Shown one piece after another: positions 37,782 through 47,609 of a stretch of DNA of 64,000 nucleotides. This DNA comes from Elusimicrobiota bacterium (GTDB taxonomy: Bacteria > CG03 > SLGR01 > JAGXOG01), in the NCBI GenBank assembly GCA_051745145.1, contig JBNJDT010000001.1:1-64000 (forward strand). The letters run 5' to 3'. The notes under the pieces are model-generated. The model was not told where the DNA came from, made no database searches, and saw only the letters and a program-made list of their open reading frames with translations. Position 1 is the first letter of the stretch. Each line of letters begins with the position of its first letter. Made by a program: the position numbers and the translations under genes.

Positions 37782-39026
37782 TTACCTAATAATCATAAGA
37801 ACAGTTTCCAGAGGACCGCGTTCTGTTATAAGTTTAAGGCTCGTCAAAGTAAATATTTCTTTTTCGCCCAGAGTGATTGTTTCAATATCTTCCTCTCTTG
37901 AAAATAACCTGGAAATTTCTTCTTTTAAAATTTTTAAATTAATATCTTTAACTCCTGCTCTTTTTAAGGTACCAATAAAATTTTTATTAATTTTATGAGG
38001 TACCTTATGGGGAGTTATAGTTTCAAAATATCTATTCATATAAAATATTTTAAAATCCTTATTTACTATACCTATACCCAGTGGAATATTATTTATTAAG
38101 CTTAACGCGTAAGAAGAAGAAAGAGTTTTCTCTGGTTTATAAACATCAACTTCAATTCTTCTGGCATCCGTAATTTTAACTTCAATTTCTCTGGAATCTT
38201 TGATTTCTTTTAATTTAAAATCATTGAGTCTTTTTAATTTTAAACAATTTACAGCTTTATTTAAGAACATATTTATATCATCAATATCCTGGGGATATCT
38301 AATAAAAGAGGTCGCCCCACATCTTATTGAATTTACCGGCAAATTATTTTCTTCGTTTTCCCCCAATACTATTACTTCAACCGAGACATTTAAATTATTA
38401 ATATTTTCTAATAATTCCAGGTTTTCTTCCTCTCTAAAATCCAGTATAACAACATCTATAATTCCTTTTCTCAATCTGTTAAATAACTTATTTTTATCTC
38501 CATCAACCTTAAGATCAAATTTTTGACTATTTATATTTTTACTCAACCTATCTAAAATCTCTTTTTCTTCCCCAAAAAATAAAATTTCAAACCGTCCGGT
38601 AGTTATATGCATACTTTTGTATATATTAAATGCTTTATTTACTGAACTTAATATTTTCTGCTTTTTTAAAGGTTTTCTATAATAATCGGCCGCGCCTTTT
38701 TGAATTACTTCCACCGTAATATCGTAATCTTCATAACCGGTAATTACTATTGTCTGAGAAATAGGATTTATTTTATTTATTTTTTCCAAAACATAGTCCC
38801 CGTTTTTGTCGGGTAATTTGTAATCTAGAATTATTACGCCATATAAATTATTTCGAAATTTTTCAATTGCCTTTTGAGCAGTTCCGGCGGTATCGGTATT
38901 ATACCCTTTGCTCTCTAGTAATTGGGAAAGATAGGTTCTTATATCCGGCGAGTCTTCTACAATCAGTATATCATTACTGACTTCGGTTTTTTTATCAATA
39001 CCTATTTCTTCAGTTATATACTTCAT
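37782..39026 (-). CDS. Response regulator with two receiver domains and a PAS-like C-terminus
   Basis: REC1: ILIVED, IILDYKLPD.NG, ITG, YYRKP. REC2 degenerate: ILFFGEE, VVILD, FIRYP. Then LINNIPLGIGIVNKDFKIFYMN (PAS-like). Confidence 0.7.
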   Translation of the reverse strand: MKYITEEIGIDKKTEVSNDILIVEDSPDIRTYLSQLLESKGYNTDTAGTAQKAIEKFRNNLYGVIILDYKLPDKNGDYVLEKINKINPISQTIVITGYEDYDITVEVIQKGAADYYRKPLKKQKILSSVNKAFNIYKSMHITTGRFEILFFGEEKEILDRLSKNINSQKFDLKVDGDKNKLFNRLRKGIIDVVILDFREEENLELLENINNLNVSVEVIVLGENEENNLPVNSIRCGATSFIRYPQDIDDINMFLNKAVNCLKLKRLNDFKLKEIKDSREIEVKITDARRIEVDVYKPEKTLSSSYALSLINNIPLGIGIVNKDFKIFYMNRYFETITPHKVPHKINKNFIGTLKRAGVKDINLKILKEEISRLFSREEDIETITLGEKEIFTLTSLKLITERGPLETVLMIIR

Positions 39027-39140
39027 TTATATATAAATGCTAACATGAAAATTTTTAAAATTCAAATAAACTTATCTTTTATGTATAACTATAAATATTT
39101 TTTAAACTTCTTGTAACTCAATAATACCGCATTCGCGTTA

Positions 39141-42053
39141 TTATTTTTCTATTGATAAATTACATAATTTTCTGTACGGACAATAACGGCAAGATTTACC
39201 TTTACGCGACGGGAATTTTTCATACTGGATTCCTTTTATTAAACTATTTAACCGCCGATTTAAGAATCTTATTTTATTTACTAAAACCAACTTATTAAGA
39301 TTTACAAAATATAATTTACATTTAATATTCTTTAAATTAAATACCTCTTTAAGGGCTTTGGTATATATGGATAGCTGCAGTTTATAAGGAGCTGTATGAG
39401 CCGTTGAGGAAGTCTTATAATCTATTAAAACGGTACTTCCGGATACATTATCCACCCTGTCTACCGTACCTTTTATATAGCAGTTATTATATTTTAATAC
39501 AAAAGGTTTTTCCGAATAAATAATATCCTTTTTTGAATTTAAAATACCTGACTTATAAATATTTTCTACTGCGTTCTTAACCTTTTTCTTATAAAATTTT
39601 TGATATATATTTTTTTTAATTCCACTTTTTAGTATAAGTTCTCTGATTTTTTCTTCCATTTCCAACCGGCTTTCAAAATTTTTTAGTTTAACGTATTCCT
39701 CTAGCATACGGTGTACAGATGACCCAAAAAGCGTCGGAGAAAACTCTCCTTTTCCCGGTGGTTTTGGAACTCTGTGTTTATATCTAAATTTATATAGCAA
39801 AGGACAATTGGAATAAGTCTCCAGTTCGGTAACTGAAAATTCTTTTTTTACTTCTCTATTTTTAAAATAAACCGGCAACCCTAAATTATTTATATATTTT
39901 TTAATATCTCTAGATTTCATTGTCTTTTTCAACTCTTTTTTACTTTTTGAAATAATGCCAGAGTCTTTTCGACGATCTAACTTAGGATTTTTTTTAATGC
40001 GGGTTATATTCTTTTTTAAACCGTTTTTTAATTCAAACTTTTTTTCTTTTTTAGTTAAAAAATAGTTCATAAACTTGGATATTTTCCCACGAAAATTCTT
40101 TTGACCGGTTATTATAAGCTTTTCCTGCGCTCTGGTCAGTGCAACATATAGCAATCTTCTTTCCTCCTGGTTATGATTTTTGTAAAGCCGGGGTTTTAAG
40201 TAAGTTGAATATAGAGAATTTCTATCATTATCTCTAATTACTAAACCCAGTTTTTTATTGAAATGATATCTATCCATTTTTTTCTGACCAGGAAAATTAG
40301 CTCTGGATATGTTAGAGACAAAAACTACCGGAAATTCCAGGCCTTTAGCTTGATGAATTGACATTAAATGTACTACCTCCTCAACCTGGGGCCGGGCCTC
40401 CGGTTCGCCTATTTGGGCCTGCTCTATCTTTCTTAAATGGTGGGCGTAATCAATCAAAGTGGTAAATACATTTTTTTGGGCATAGCTGCGGGCCTTGCTT
40501 ATAAATTTTTTAATATTGGTCATCTCTCTGGAACTTTTACCGCCCGGTCTGGATAAGGCCCAGTATATTAAACCGCTTTTTTCCAATAATTCATTCAGTA
40601 AAGTAACTATATCGGTACTGTTTCTCTCAGAACGAAAATATCTGATTAAATTCACTAATCTTTCTGCAGCTTCTAAATTGCTGTTTTTAAGGTTTTCAAA
40701 AAGATTTCTATCTTTCCCATTAGCCCCGGCTATTTTTGCTATTTCTGAATCTTTTACCCCAAAAGCCGGTGACCGCAATATTCTTACAAGCTCACGTTCA
40801 GAAAAAGGATTTTCAATTAGAATTATAAACGATATTAGATCCTTTATTTCCGGCTGTTTATAAAAACCAGTTCCCCCTATTGTTACACTGTTTATATTTA
40901 AATTTCGGAGAGCTTCTTCATAATCCTGACAGTTTTTAACACCTCTGAAAAGAACTACTATATCCTGGGGATTATATCCTTCCGACAATAATTTTTTAAC
41001 TCGCAAAGCAACAAATTCTGCTTCTTTTTTACGATCTTCTCCTAAAAATAATTCCACATTTCCTTTACCGGGAATTGAACATTCTATGGGATGATAAGAC
41101 GTTAACTCTTCTTCAAATACAGTATTTATTACTTGTGGAATGGGCTCTTGCGACCTAAAATTTCTAGTTAAAACCACCTTTCTATTATCCGGTAATTCAC
41201 TATAATAATCCATAATATGCTGGGGTCTTGCTCCACGAAAGCCATATATTGATTGCTGCTCATCCCCTACGGCAAAATAATTATTTTGAGGCTGGGCAAT
41301 AACTTTTAATAAATTTACCTGAGCAGGATTTGTATCCTGATATTCATCTACCAGTATATATTTATATTTTTCCTGTATTTCTTTTTTTATACGGTTATCA
41401 CTTTTAATAATAGAGTAAGTTGTCGTAAGTAGTTTACCAAAATCCATAAAATTATTTTCACTTAATTTAGTTTCATAATTTTTATATAAAGCATAAATTG
41501 CCCGATGAATATTCGGATTATTTTTTTTATTACTTTTAAAATCCTTAGGTGTTATCAGTCTTTGCTTGAGTTTATTTATAAGCGCAAATGCATCTGCAAG
41601 AAAATCTTCCCTGGACTCATCTATATCCAACGACCAATCTATCTTATTTTCTAGAATATTAAGCCCTACTTTTCTAAAAAACAAGTTAGATTCTACCGCA
41701 TCTAAAACTCTGAACTCCGGATCTATCCCAACCCGGAAAGAATTTTCTTTTATAAATCTGGAACAGAATCCATCAATCGTTGAGATTTGAGCACTTCTTA
41801 AAACATCTTCCGAGATTTCATTGGAAAGTCTCTCTTTCATTTCACTGGCGGCTCTTTTTGTAAATGTTACAGTAAGTATAGAACTGCATAACTCTTGTGC
41901 GGAAATATTTTTCTCTAAATTATTCTCATAAATATTTATATATTTATTTACCAGAACCCTGGTTTTCCCGGTACCCGCACCGGCTTTAACTACAAATTTA
42001 CCCGGGGTGGATTTTACGGCTTTGAATTGCTGATCAGTAAATTTTTTATTCAT
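39141..42053 (-). CDS. UvrD-type helicase fused to a PD-(D/E)XK nuclease (AddA/AdnB-like)
   Basis: AGAGTGKT, TFT.RAA.EM, STID.FC, VDEYQDTN, GD.QQSIYGFRGA, SIHQAKGLEF, YVALTRA; nuclease GTVDRVD...DYKT. Confidence 0.88.
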   Translation of the reverse strand: MNKKFTDQQFKAVKSTPGKFVVKAGAGTGKTRVLVNKYINIYENNLEKNISAQELCSSILTVTFTKRAASEMKERLSNEISEDVLRSAQISTIDGFCSRFIKENSFRVGIDPEFRVLDAVESNLFFRKVGLNILENKIDWSLDIDESREDFLADAFALINKLKQRLITPKDFKSNKKNNPNIHRAIYALYKNYETKLSENNFMDFGKLLTTTYSIIKSDNRIKKEIQEKYKYILVDEYQDTNPAQVNLLKVIAQPQNNYFAVGDEQQSIYGFRGARPQHIMDYYSELPDNRKVVLTRNFRSQEPIPQVINTVFEEELTSYHPIECSIPGKGNVELFLGEDRKKEAEFVALRVKKLLSEGYNPQDIVVLFRGVKNCQDYEEALRNLNINSVTIGGTGFYKQPEIKDLISFIILIENPFSERELVRILRSPAFGVKDSEIAKIAGANGKDRNLFENLKNSNLEAAERLVNLIRYFRSERNSTDIVTLLNELLEKSGLIYWALSRPGGKSSREMTNIKKFISKARSYAQKNVFTTLIDYAHHLRKIEQAQIGEPEARPQVEEVVHLMSIHQAKGLEFPVVFVSNISRANFPGQKKMDRYHFNKKLGLVIRDNDRNSLYSTYLKPRLYKNHNQEERRLLYVALTRAQEKLIITGQKNFRGKISKFMNYFLTKKEKKFELKNGLKKNITRIKKNPKLDRRKDSGIISKSKKELKKTMKSRDIKKYINNLGLPVYFKNREVKKEFSVTELETYSNCPLLYKFRYKHRVPKPPGKGEFSPTLFGSSVHRMLEEYVKLKNFESRLEMEEKIRELILKSGIKKNIYQKFYKKKVKNAVENIYKSGILNSKKDIIYSEKPFVLKYNNCYIKGTVDRVDNVSGSTVLIDYKTSSTAHTAPYKLQLSIYTKALKEVFNLKNIKCKLYFVNLNKLVLVNKIRFLNRRLNSLIKGIQYEKFPSRKGKSCRYCPYRKLCNLSIEK

Positions 42054-42054
42054 C

Positions 42055-44793
42055 TTATCGTTTGCACAGTCTTCTGTAGTAACAAAACCGGCATTTACTG
42101 CTTTTACTAGGGGCTTCTTGAAAATTGCCTTTTTTAATTTCCGCCACGGTACTCTTTAAAGTTTCTCTGGCCTTATGGGAAATCCGGGATGCTCTTTCCT
42201 GAGTAAAATCAATATTAACTTCCATTTTTTCGGCTTTTTTTCTCAATCTTAAAACAGTAAAGTATTGTGAATTTACCGCCCATTTATAAATGGGAATCTG
42301 AAAGTTCTCCCCTCTTTCTACAGCATTTAATAACCCCCTCTTTCCCGGAACTCTTTTACCCGTTTTATAATCAACTGTTCTCGTCTTACCGGAGGGGAGT
42401 TTATCTTCACGGTCAACTCTACCTCTTAATTTTATATTTTCCACTTCAGTATAAAATTTTTTTTCTGTATTTTTAACTTTAAAATTTTCCGCGCCCGGAC
42501 CGGTAAAATATTCTTCCACTATATTTAAAGTTTTTTTATACAAATTTCTACTTTCAAATTCCGAGTAAAACTCAAATCCCCCCCATATATCTTTTAGTTT
42601 ATTTAAGGCTTCTTTTTTATTATCAATTCCCGCTTCATATAATTTTTGAAAAACTCCGTGAGCCACAATTCCAAATGATTTATATATAGAATCCGGTTCA
42701 TTTAATCCCACTACATACCTATAAAAAAGTATACGGGGACATTTAACATAACTTTCTAAAAGTGTATAGGAGAATATATCCGGTAAATTATCTTTAACTC
42801 TATTAAATAGCCGTTCATATTTATAATTTTTAACTTGTCTCAGTAAATTGAATTTTTCGCTAACATCTTCGTCTTCGGAGACCACATCTTCTGCTTTTTT
42901 TGTTATCCCGTCTTCAGCTATTTTAGAAATAAGATCAGAATCATTAATAATAAATTCTGATTCTCCGTGACTTACAGGCTGTAACTGTTCTTTCTCTAAA
43001 AATTCAGATCTGTTTTTGACATTCCCGGAATTTTCAAAATTATACCAGGTATATATTACTTCACTACTAGCCCGACTTTGAGCTATTTTGTAAAGCCTTT
43101 TTTCAAACTTATATCTTTGCTCAACATTAAAAACCGGTTTAATATTCAGGACTTTATAATCTTTAACTTTCAGCAGCGGATTTTCAAAAAACGGCCTGGG
43201 AAACGTATCTTCTACCATATCTATAAGATAAACTATTTTACATTCTAAATTTTTCGCCTGCTGAACCGTCATAATTTTTACTGCCTCTATATCTGGAACA
43301 TGGGGAATATTTAAATCTTTTCCAAATCCGCTAAGCAATTCATAGAAATTATCCATAAGCAATTTAAAAGTAAGTTTTTTTCCTTCCAAACTTTCATAAT
43401 GCTGTGAATAATCTTCTACAATCTTATAAAAATACCCATATAATTCAGCACCGAATTTATTATTAGCGGCTCTTTTTAAAAAACCGAATTTTTCCATAAT
43501 GTAATATATAAATTCTAAGGCATCCTTGTTTTTAGATTCCCTCCTAAGATTATCCATATATAAATTAAATTCTCTAAATTTTTCCGGATAATTTTCTTCC
43601 ATAACAGTAATTAGGGATTTCGATTTCAAAATAGCTTTATTCTGTAATTTGTCTATTTTTTTATCTTCAATAATCCCAGATATTTTCAACATTCTTCTCA
43701 ACTTAATACCCTGTAAATCTTCTTTACCATCTATATAAGCTAAAATTGACATCATCTCTATTACTTCCGGTTGTCTGAAAAAACCTATGCCCCCCAGTGT
43801 TACGCTATTTATACCCTGACTTTTTAAAGCCTGAGTAAAAAGTTCCATATTTTCTCCTACAGACCGGCCGATTATAATGATATCCGAAGGGGTTACCTCT
43901 TTTTTCTTTAACTTTATCGCAATATCGGCGGCAACTTTTTTAGCCTGTTCATCTCTTGTTGAGGCTTCAATAAATTTTTTTTCAAGCCCGGACTTACTTA
44001 ATTTTTGTTTCATGGTTTTTATCTCAAAATCAAACTTTTGAGTTAACTTTTGTTTCAACTTATATGGCCGGGCACCCCGAAAACTATATACAGAAATTAA
44101 AGGCGATAAAGATATAAAAGCATGCTCTGCATTTTCTCCTATCCGGGAAATTATATCCCCCATTATTAAATCCATATCTTCGGTTTCATAACTTATAATT
44201 ATCTTAAATTGAAATAGATCGGGATGGTTTTTAATCATTTTCCGGGTACTCAAATGTAAATCCACAAAATCAGCGTAATTAAGCTTTTTAAGTTCCCGTT
44301 GGTAAAGTTGTAGTATCTTTTTTAATTCTAAATACTTTTGCTTTTGTGAACCTTTTGCATCTTTGATTTTTTCTGTCCAGTTAGGGTTTCTCTTGGCAAT
44401 ATCTATAAAATTCGATATCTCTCTTACCAATCCCTCTTTATTCCCAGCAGTTTTAAAAAATCTTAAATTTAAATTTCTTTTTAAAAGAGTCCGGACAATT
44501 AGTCTTTTTTCAAAATCCGTAATAATTTTAAAGCCGGGATTGAGATCTGTATAAAAATAATTTTCTCTTAAAACTTTTTTACAAAAAGAAGTACCACTTT
44601 CTATCCATAACTCACTGTAAGAATTTAAAATATTCTTTGCACACTCTTTAAAATTTTCTGCTGATTTTACAGAATTGGTTAAGATAAGTATATTCTCTGT
44701 TGAAATATTCCTTTTTAAAAAATTTTTTAACTTTGTTTTAAGATAACTTTTTTTGCCCGAGCGGGGAGGTCCCTGTATAAGTTCAAAGACCAT
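42055..44793 (-). CDS. Degenerate UvrD-like domain fused to a PD-(D/E)XK nuclease (AddB/AdnA-like)
   Basis: GPPRSGKK, YETEDMD in place of DEYQD, VYSFRGA, MTVQQAKNLE; nuclease GRVDRED...DYKTG with CP...CRFCYYRRLC. Confidence 0.8.
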   Translation of the reverse strand: MVFELIQGPPRSGKKSYLKTKLKNFLKRNISTENILILTNSVKSAENFKECAKNILNSYSELWIESGTSFCKKVLRENYFYTDLNPGFKIITDFEKRLIVRTLLKRNLNLRFFKTAGNKEGLVREISNFIDIAKRNPNWTEKIKDAKGSQKQKYLELKKILQLYQRELKKLNYADFVDLHLSTRKMIKNHPDLFQFKIIISYETEDMDLIMGDIISRIGENAEHAFISLSPLISVYSFRGARPYKLKQKLTQKFDFEIKTMKQKLSKSGLEKKFIEASTRDEQAKKVAADIAIKLKKKEVTPSDIIIIGRSVGENMELFTQALKSQGINSVTLGGIGFFRQPEVIEMMSILAYIDGKEDLQGIKLRRMLKISGIIEDKKIDKLQNKAILKSKSLITVMEENYPEKFREFNLYMDNLRRESKNKDALEFIYYIMEKFGFLKRAANNKFGAELYGYFYKIVEDYSQHYESLEGKKLTFKLLMDNFYELLSGFGKDLNIPHVPDIEAVKIMTVQQAKNLECKIVYLIDMVEDTFPRPFFENPLLKVKDYKVLNIKPVFNVEQRYKFEKRLYKIAQSRASSEVIYTWYNFENSGNVKNRSEFLEKEQLQPVSHGESEFIINDSDLISKIAEDGITKKAEDVVSEDEDVSEKFNLLRQVKNYKYERLFNRVKDNLPDIFSYTLLESYVKCPRILFYRYVVGLNEPDSIYKSFGIVAHGVFQKLYEAGIDNKKEALNKLKDIWGGFEFYSEFESRNLYKKTLNIVEEYFTGPGAENFKVKNTEKKFYTEVENIKLRGRVDREDKLPSGKTRTVDYKTGKRVPGKRGLLNAVERGENFQIPIYKWAVNSQYFTVLRLRKKAEKMEVNIDFTQERASRISHKARETLKSTVAEIKKGNFQEAPSKSSKCRFCYYRRLCKR

Positions 44794-46066
44794 GCCGGTG
44801 TATTTTTAAAGTATCCCGAGGATAAATTTTAGTTGAGGCAAGATTATTCCACTTTTTTATTGCATTCATGCTCACATTAAACTTCCTTGATATTGTCCAA
44901 AGACTATCCCCTCGCCTTACTTTATAATATACCACCCGACGTTTCCGCCGGCTTATTTGTTGAGCGGTAAGATAATTTTCTTCGGAAAAATTTGCAATAA
45001 ATTGTTCGTAATTTTCAGCGGGTATTTTAATTTTATATTCTTTGCCCGGTGGAGTACACATCTGCTTTAATTCAGCATTTAATAATTGTATCTCCTGTAT
45101 ATCTCCCCCACATAAATCAGCCACATTTCTTAAATCAATACTGTCTTCAACGGTATACTCTTTCCAATTGTATCCTTTTTCATAAAAAGATTCCATTCCA
45201 AATAATTCGGGCTCTTTTATAATAAACATAGCCGACATAATTTTTGGTACAAAATTTTCGGTTTCCCTCGGTAAAAAAAGTTCCCAGTAGTCATCTGTAC
45301 CCCATCTTTTTATTCTCCGCCGAACCCCACTAGCTCCATAATTGTAACCGGCCAGAGCCATTTCCCAGCTTCCCAACTGTTCATATAATGCTTTCAAATA
45401 TTTTGCCGCTGCCTTGGTCGCCTTGTACGGGTCTCTCCTTTCATCTATCCAGTAGTTGATTTTTAATCCCTGTTTTTTCGCAGTGGATTCTATAAACTGC
45501 CACATGCCCACGGCTCCCGCATGAGATTTTGCAAATGGCGAATAACCGGATTCAATAATAGGTACGTATGCTAAATCTTCCGGCAACTCATGTTCAGATA
45601 AAATCTTTTTCACATCATTTATATATTTTTTTGAGCGACCGATCCACTTGTTAAAATTTTTTGCCCCCCGGGTAGTATAATAATCTATCCATTTTTCAAC
45701 TCTAGAATTCCAGACTAATGGAAAAAGCTCTGTCTCTATATAGGTATTGCGGGAAAACGGTGATTGATTGGCTTTTAATCTCAGTAAAGCTACCTGACTG
45801 TGAAATTTTTCATATTCAGAATCACTCAGTTTTTCTTTGTTCTCTATAACTTTCTGAATAACATAATCACATATTTCTCTTACAGATTCAATGTTATTAT
45901 CTTCTAACTCACTTTGAGCTGCTTTTAAATTTTCGCCTATATTTGACCTTGTAGAATCCAAATCAAAGTTATCCTTAATTTCTACCCGTGACTGACCATT
46001 CAAAAAAGTACATCCGGATATTATAAAAAATATTCCCGGCAGTAAAAATTTATAAAAATTATTAAT
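44783..46066 (-). CDS. MltD-like lytic transglycosylase lipoprotein (SLT + LysM)
   Basis: IIESG, AVGMWQF, DERRDP.KAT.AA..YL, AGYN.G, LPRET.NFVPK, LysM YKVRRGDSLW.IS. Upstream in-frame lipobox IISGC; ATT start at 46066 is inferred. Confidence 0.85.
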   Translation of the reverse strand: MNNFYKFLLPGIFFIISGCTFLNGQSRVEIKDNFDLDSTRSNIGENLKAAQSELEDNNIESVREICDYVIQKVIENKEKLSDSEYEKFHSQVALLRLKANQSPFSRNTYIETELFPLVWNSRVEKWIDYYTTRGAKNFNKWIGRSKKYINDVKKILSEHELPEDLAYVPIIESGYSPFAKSHAGAVGMWQFIESTAKKQGLKINYWIDERRDPYKATKAAAKYLKALYEQLGSWEMALAGYNYGASGVRRRIKRWGTDDYWELFLPRETENFVPKIMSAMFIIKEPELFGMESFYEKGYNWKEYTVEDSIDLRNVADLCGGDIQEIQLLNAELKQMCTPPGKEYKIKIPAENYEQFIANFSEENYLTAQQISRRKRRVVYYKVRRGDSLWTISRKFNVSMNAIKKWNNLASTKIYPRDTLKIHRHGL

Positions 46067-46304
46067 TATTTTCTTCTTTTTGATGTTTTTCTTTAGTTCT
46101 CTTTTTGAGTTTTTCCTGAAGATTACTTATCTCCTTTCTCTTCTGTTCTTCTCTTTCAGAATTAAGTTCAAAATTTATATCCAGACAAGCTCCCTCGTAG
46201 ACATCAATATCGAACTGTTCCACCGGAATAAGCATCTTTCCGCCATTTTCTACTTCTATAACAACAGTTTCACCATCCTCAATCCTGTCAATAACTGCTC
46301 TCAT
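46062..46304 (-). CDS. DUF3006-like small protein
   Basis: AVIDRIEDG..VVIE...EG..L with a C-terminal helix; GAGGAG RBS. Confidence 0.7.
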   Translation of the reverse strand: MRAVIDRIEDGETVVIEVENGGKMLIPVEQFDIDVYEGACLDINFELNSEREEQKRKEISNLQEKLKKRTKEKHQKEENN

Positions 46305-46353
46305 ATTAAACTCCTCTTAAAGTATTTTATAATTACAGTAAACAAGTTAAAAA

Positions 46354-47394
46354 CTATTTCTCGTCCGTCGGAGTGGCATACTCTATAGTTCTTATGGGAA
46401 ACGGAATAACTATTCCCTCCCTATTATATCTTTTATGTAATCTCTTTATAAATTCATGCTGTAACGTAAATCTGTTAAAATATTCTTTAACTCTTAAGAT
46501 TATCTTTAAATCAATAGAGGAATCGTTAAAAGTAGTAAATCTTACTTTGGGTTCAAAAGTACCGTCTCCCCCTTTTATATCTTTTAAAACCTGCTTCGCT
46601 ATTTCTATAGTTACTTTTTCTACTTTTTCCAGGTCACTTTCATAGGATACACCTACCGGGATTCTCAAAATACAATTTTTCCCGGATAAATTATAATTTG
46701 TAACAATTACATTGCCCAGGGTAGAATTTGGTATTACTATCATATTTTCTTCCCTGGTCTTTATTGTTGAATTCCTCCAGGTTATATCTACAACTTCTCC
46801 CTGTTGCCCGGATTCTAACATAACAAAATCACCTACCCGGACCTGGCCGGCAAAAATTATTTGTAACCCGGCAAAAAGGTTTGATAAAGTTTCCTGAAGG
46901 GCTAAAGCCACAGCCAGTCCTCCTACACCCAGTGCTGTTATAAGAGGAGTTATCTTTATGCCCAGACTCTGAAATACTAATAACAAGCCTACTACAAATA
47001 CCGCTATCTTTATAAGAGTTACAACTATAGTAGTTGACTGGAGTCCGGACTGGGCCCTATCTGCATAATATTTGGCCAAATTTGCTATTACCTTTATTAC
47101 TGCAAAAGTAACTGTAGTAATAAATAATATTACAATTGTATTTGTAATAAATCCGCCGGTTTTAGCGGAGACCCCAAAGAATGGAAATGCTATTCTTGCG
47201 CCGACAAGAAAAAACCAGAAACTTATATATGATTTAAAAGGTTCTATAACATACTTCCAAAATTCGTTTATTTTTGTTACAGCTTTTACTAAATAATTAA
47301 ACAAAAATTTTTTTATCACCACTCCCGCTAACCAGAAAGAAAATACTATGGCAACAGGTGTAATAAACGAAGGATTTAAAAATTTTTCAAGCAT
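46354..47394 (-). CDS. mscS: Small-conductance mechanosensitive channel
   Basis: ALGVGGLAVALALQETLSNLFAG, VGDFV, G.V.DI.WR.S.I, IPNS, GVSYESD, IPFP. Confidence 0.92.
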   Translation of the reverse strand: MLEKFLNPSFITPVAIVFSFWLAGVVIKKFLFNYLVKAVTKINEFWKYVIEPFKSYISFWFFLVGARIAFPFFGVSAKTGGFITNTIVILFITTVTFAVIKVIANLAKYYADRAQSGLQSTTIVVTLIKIAVFVVGLLLVFQSLGIKITPLITALGVGGLAVALALQETLSNLFAGLQIIFAGQVRVGDFVMLESGQQGEVVDITWRNSTIKTREENMIVIPNSTLGNVIVTNYNLSGKNCILRIPVGVSYESDLEKVEKVTIEIAKQVLKDIKGGDGTFEPKVRFTTFNDSSIDLKIILRVKEYFNRFTLQHEFIKRLHKRYNREGIVIPFPIRTIEYATPTDEK

Positions 47395-47545
47395 AATTTT
47401 CTCCTAACGATAAAATTATATACAGGCATTTAAAATCTAAATGCCGTACTAAACTTCTTAAATTTTAAGCCTATTTAAATAAAATTCTACTTATATTATT
47501 TTGATTTTATAAAATTTATCTTTCTATAGCAAATTTTATAAAAAT

Positions 47546-47574
47546 TTCACTTTTTAAAAAATTTTTGTTATCTT
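47546..47574 (+). promoter_or_regulatory. Possible sigma70 promoter for dcd
   Basis: TTCACT, 17 nt, TATCTT with TGn extension, upstream of the AAGGAG RBS. The region is AT-rich, so chance matches are possible. Confidence 0.35.
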
Positions 47575-47609
47575 TAAAAAGGTAATTGTAAAATATAAGG
47601 AGATATTTA

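Noticed and set aside
37551..39140. tRNA-anchored genomic island
   Set aside because: No integrase and no duplicated tRNA 3' end were seen; the flanking genes are housekeeping.
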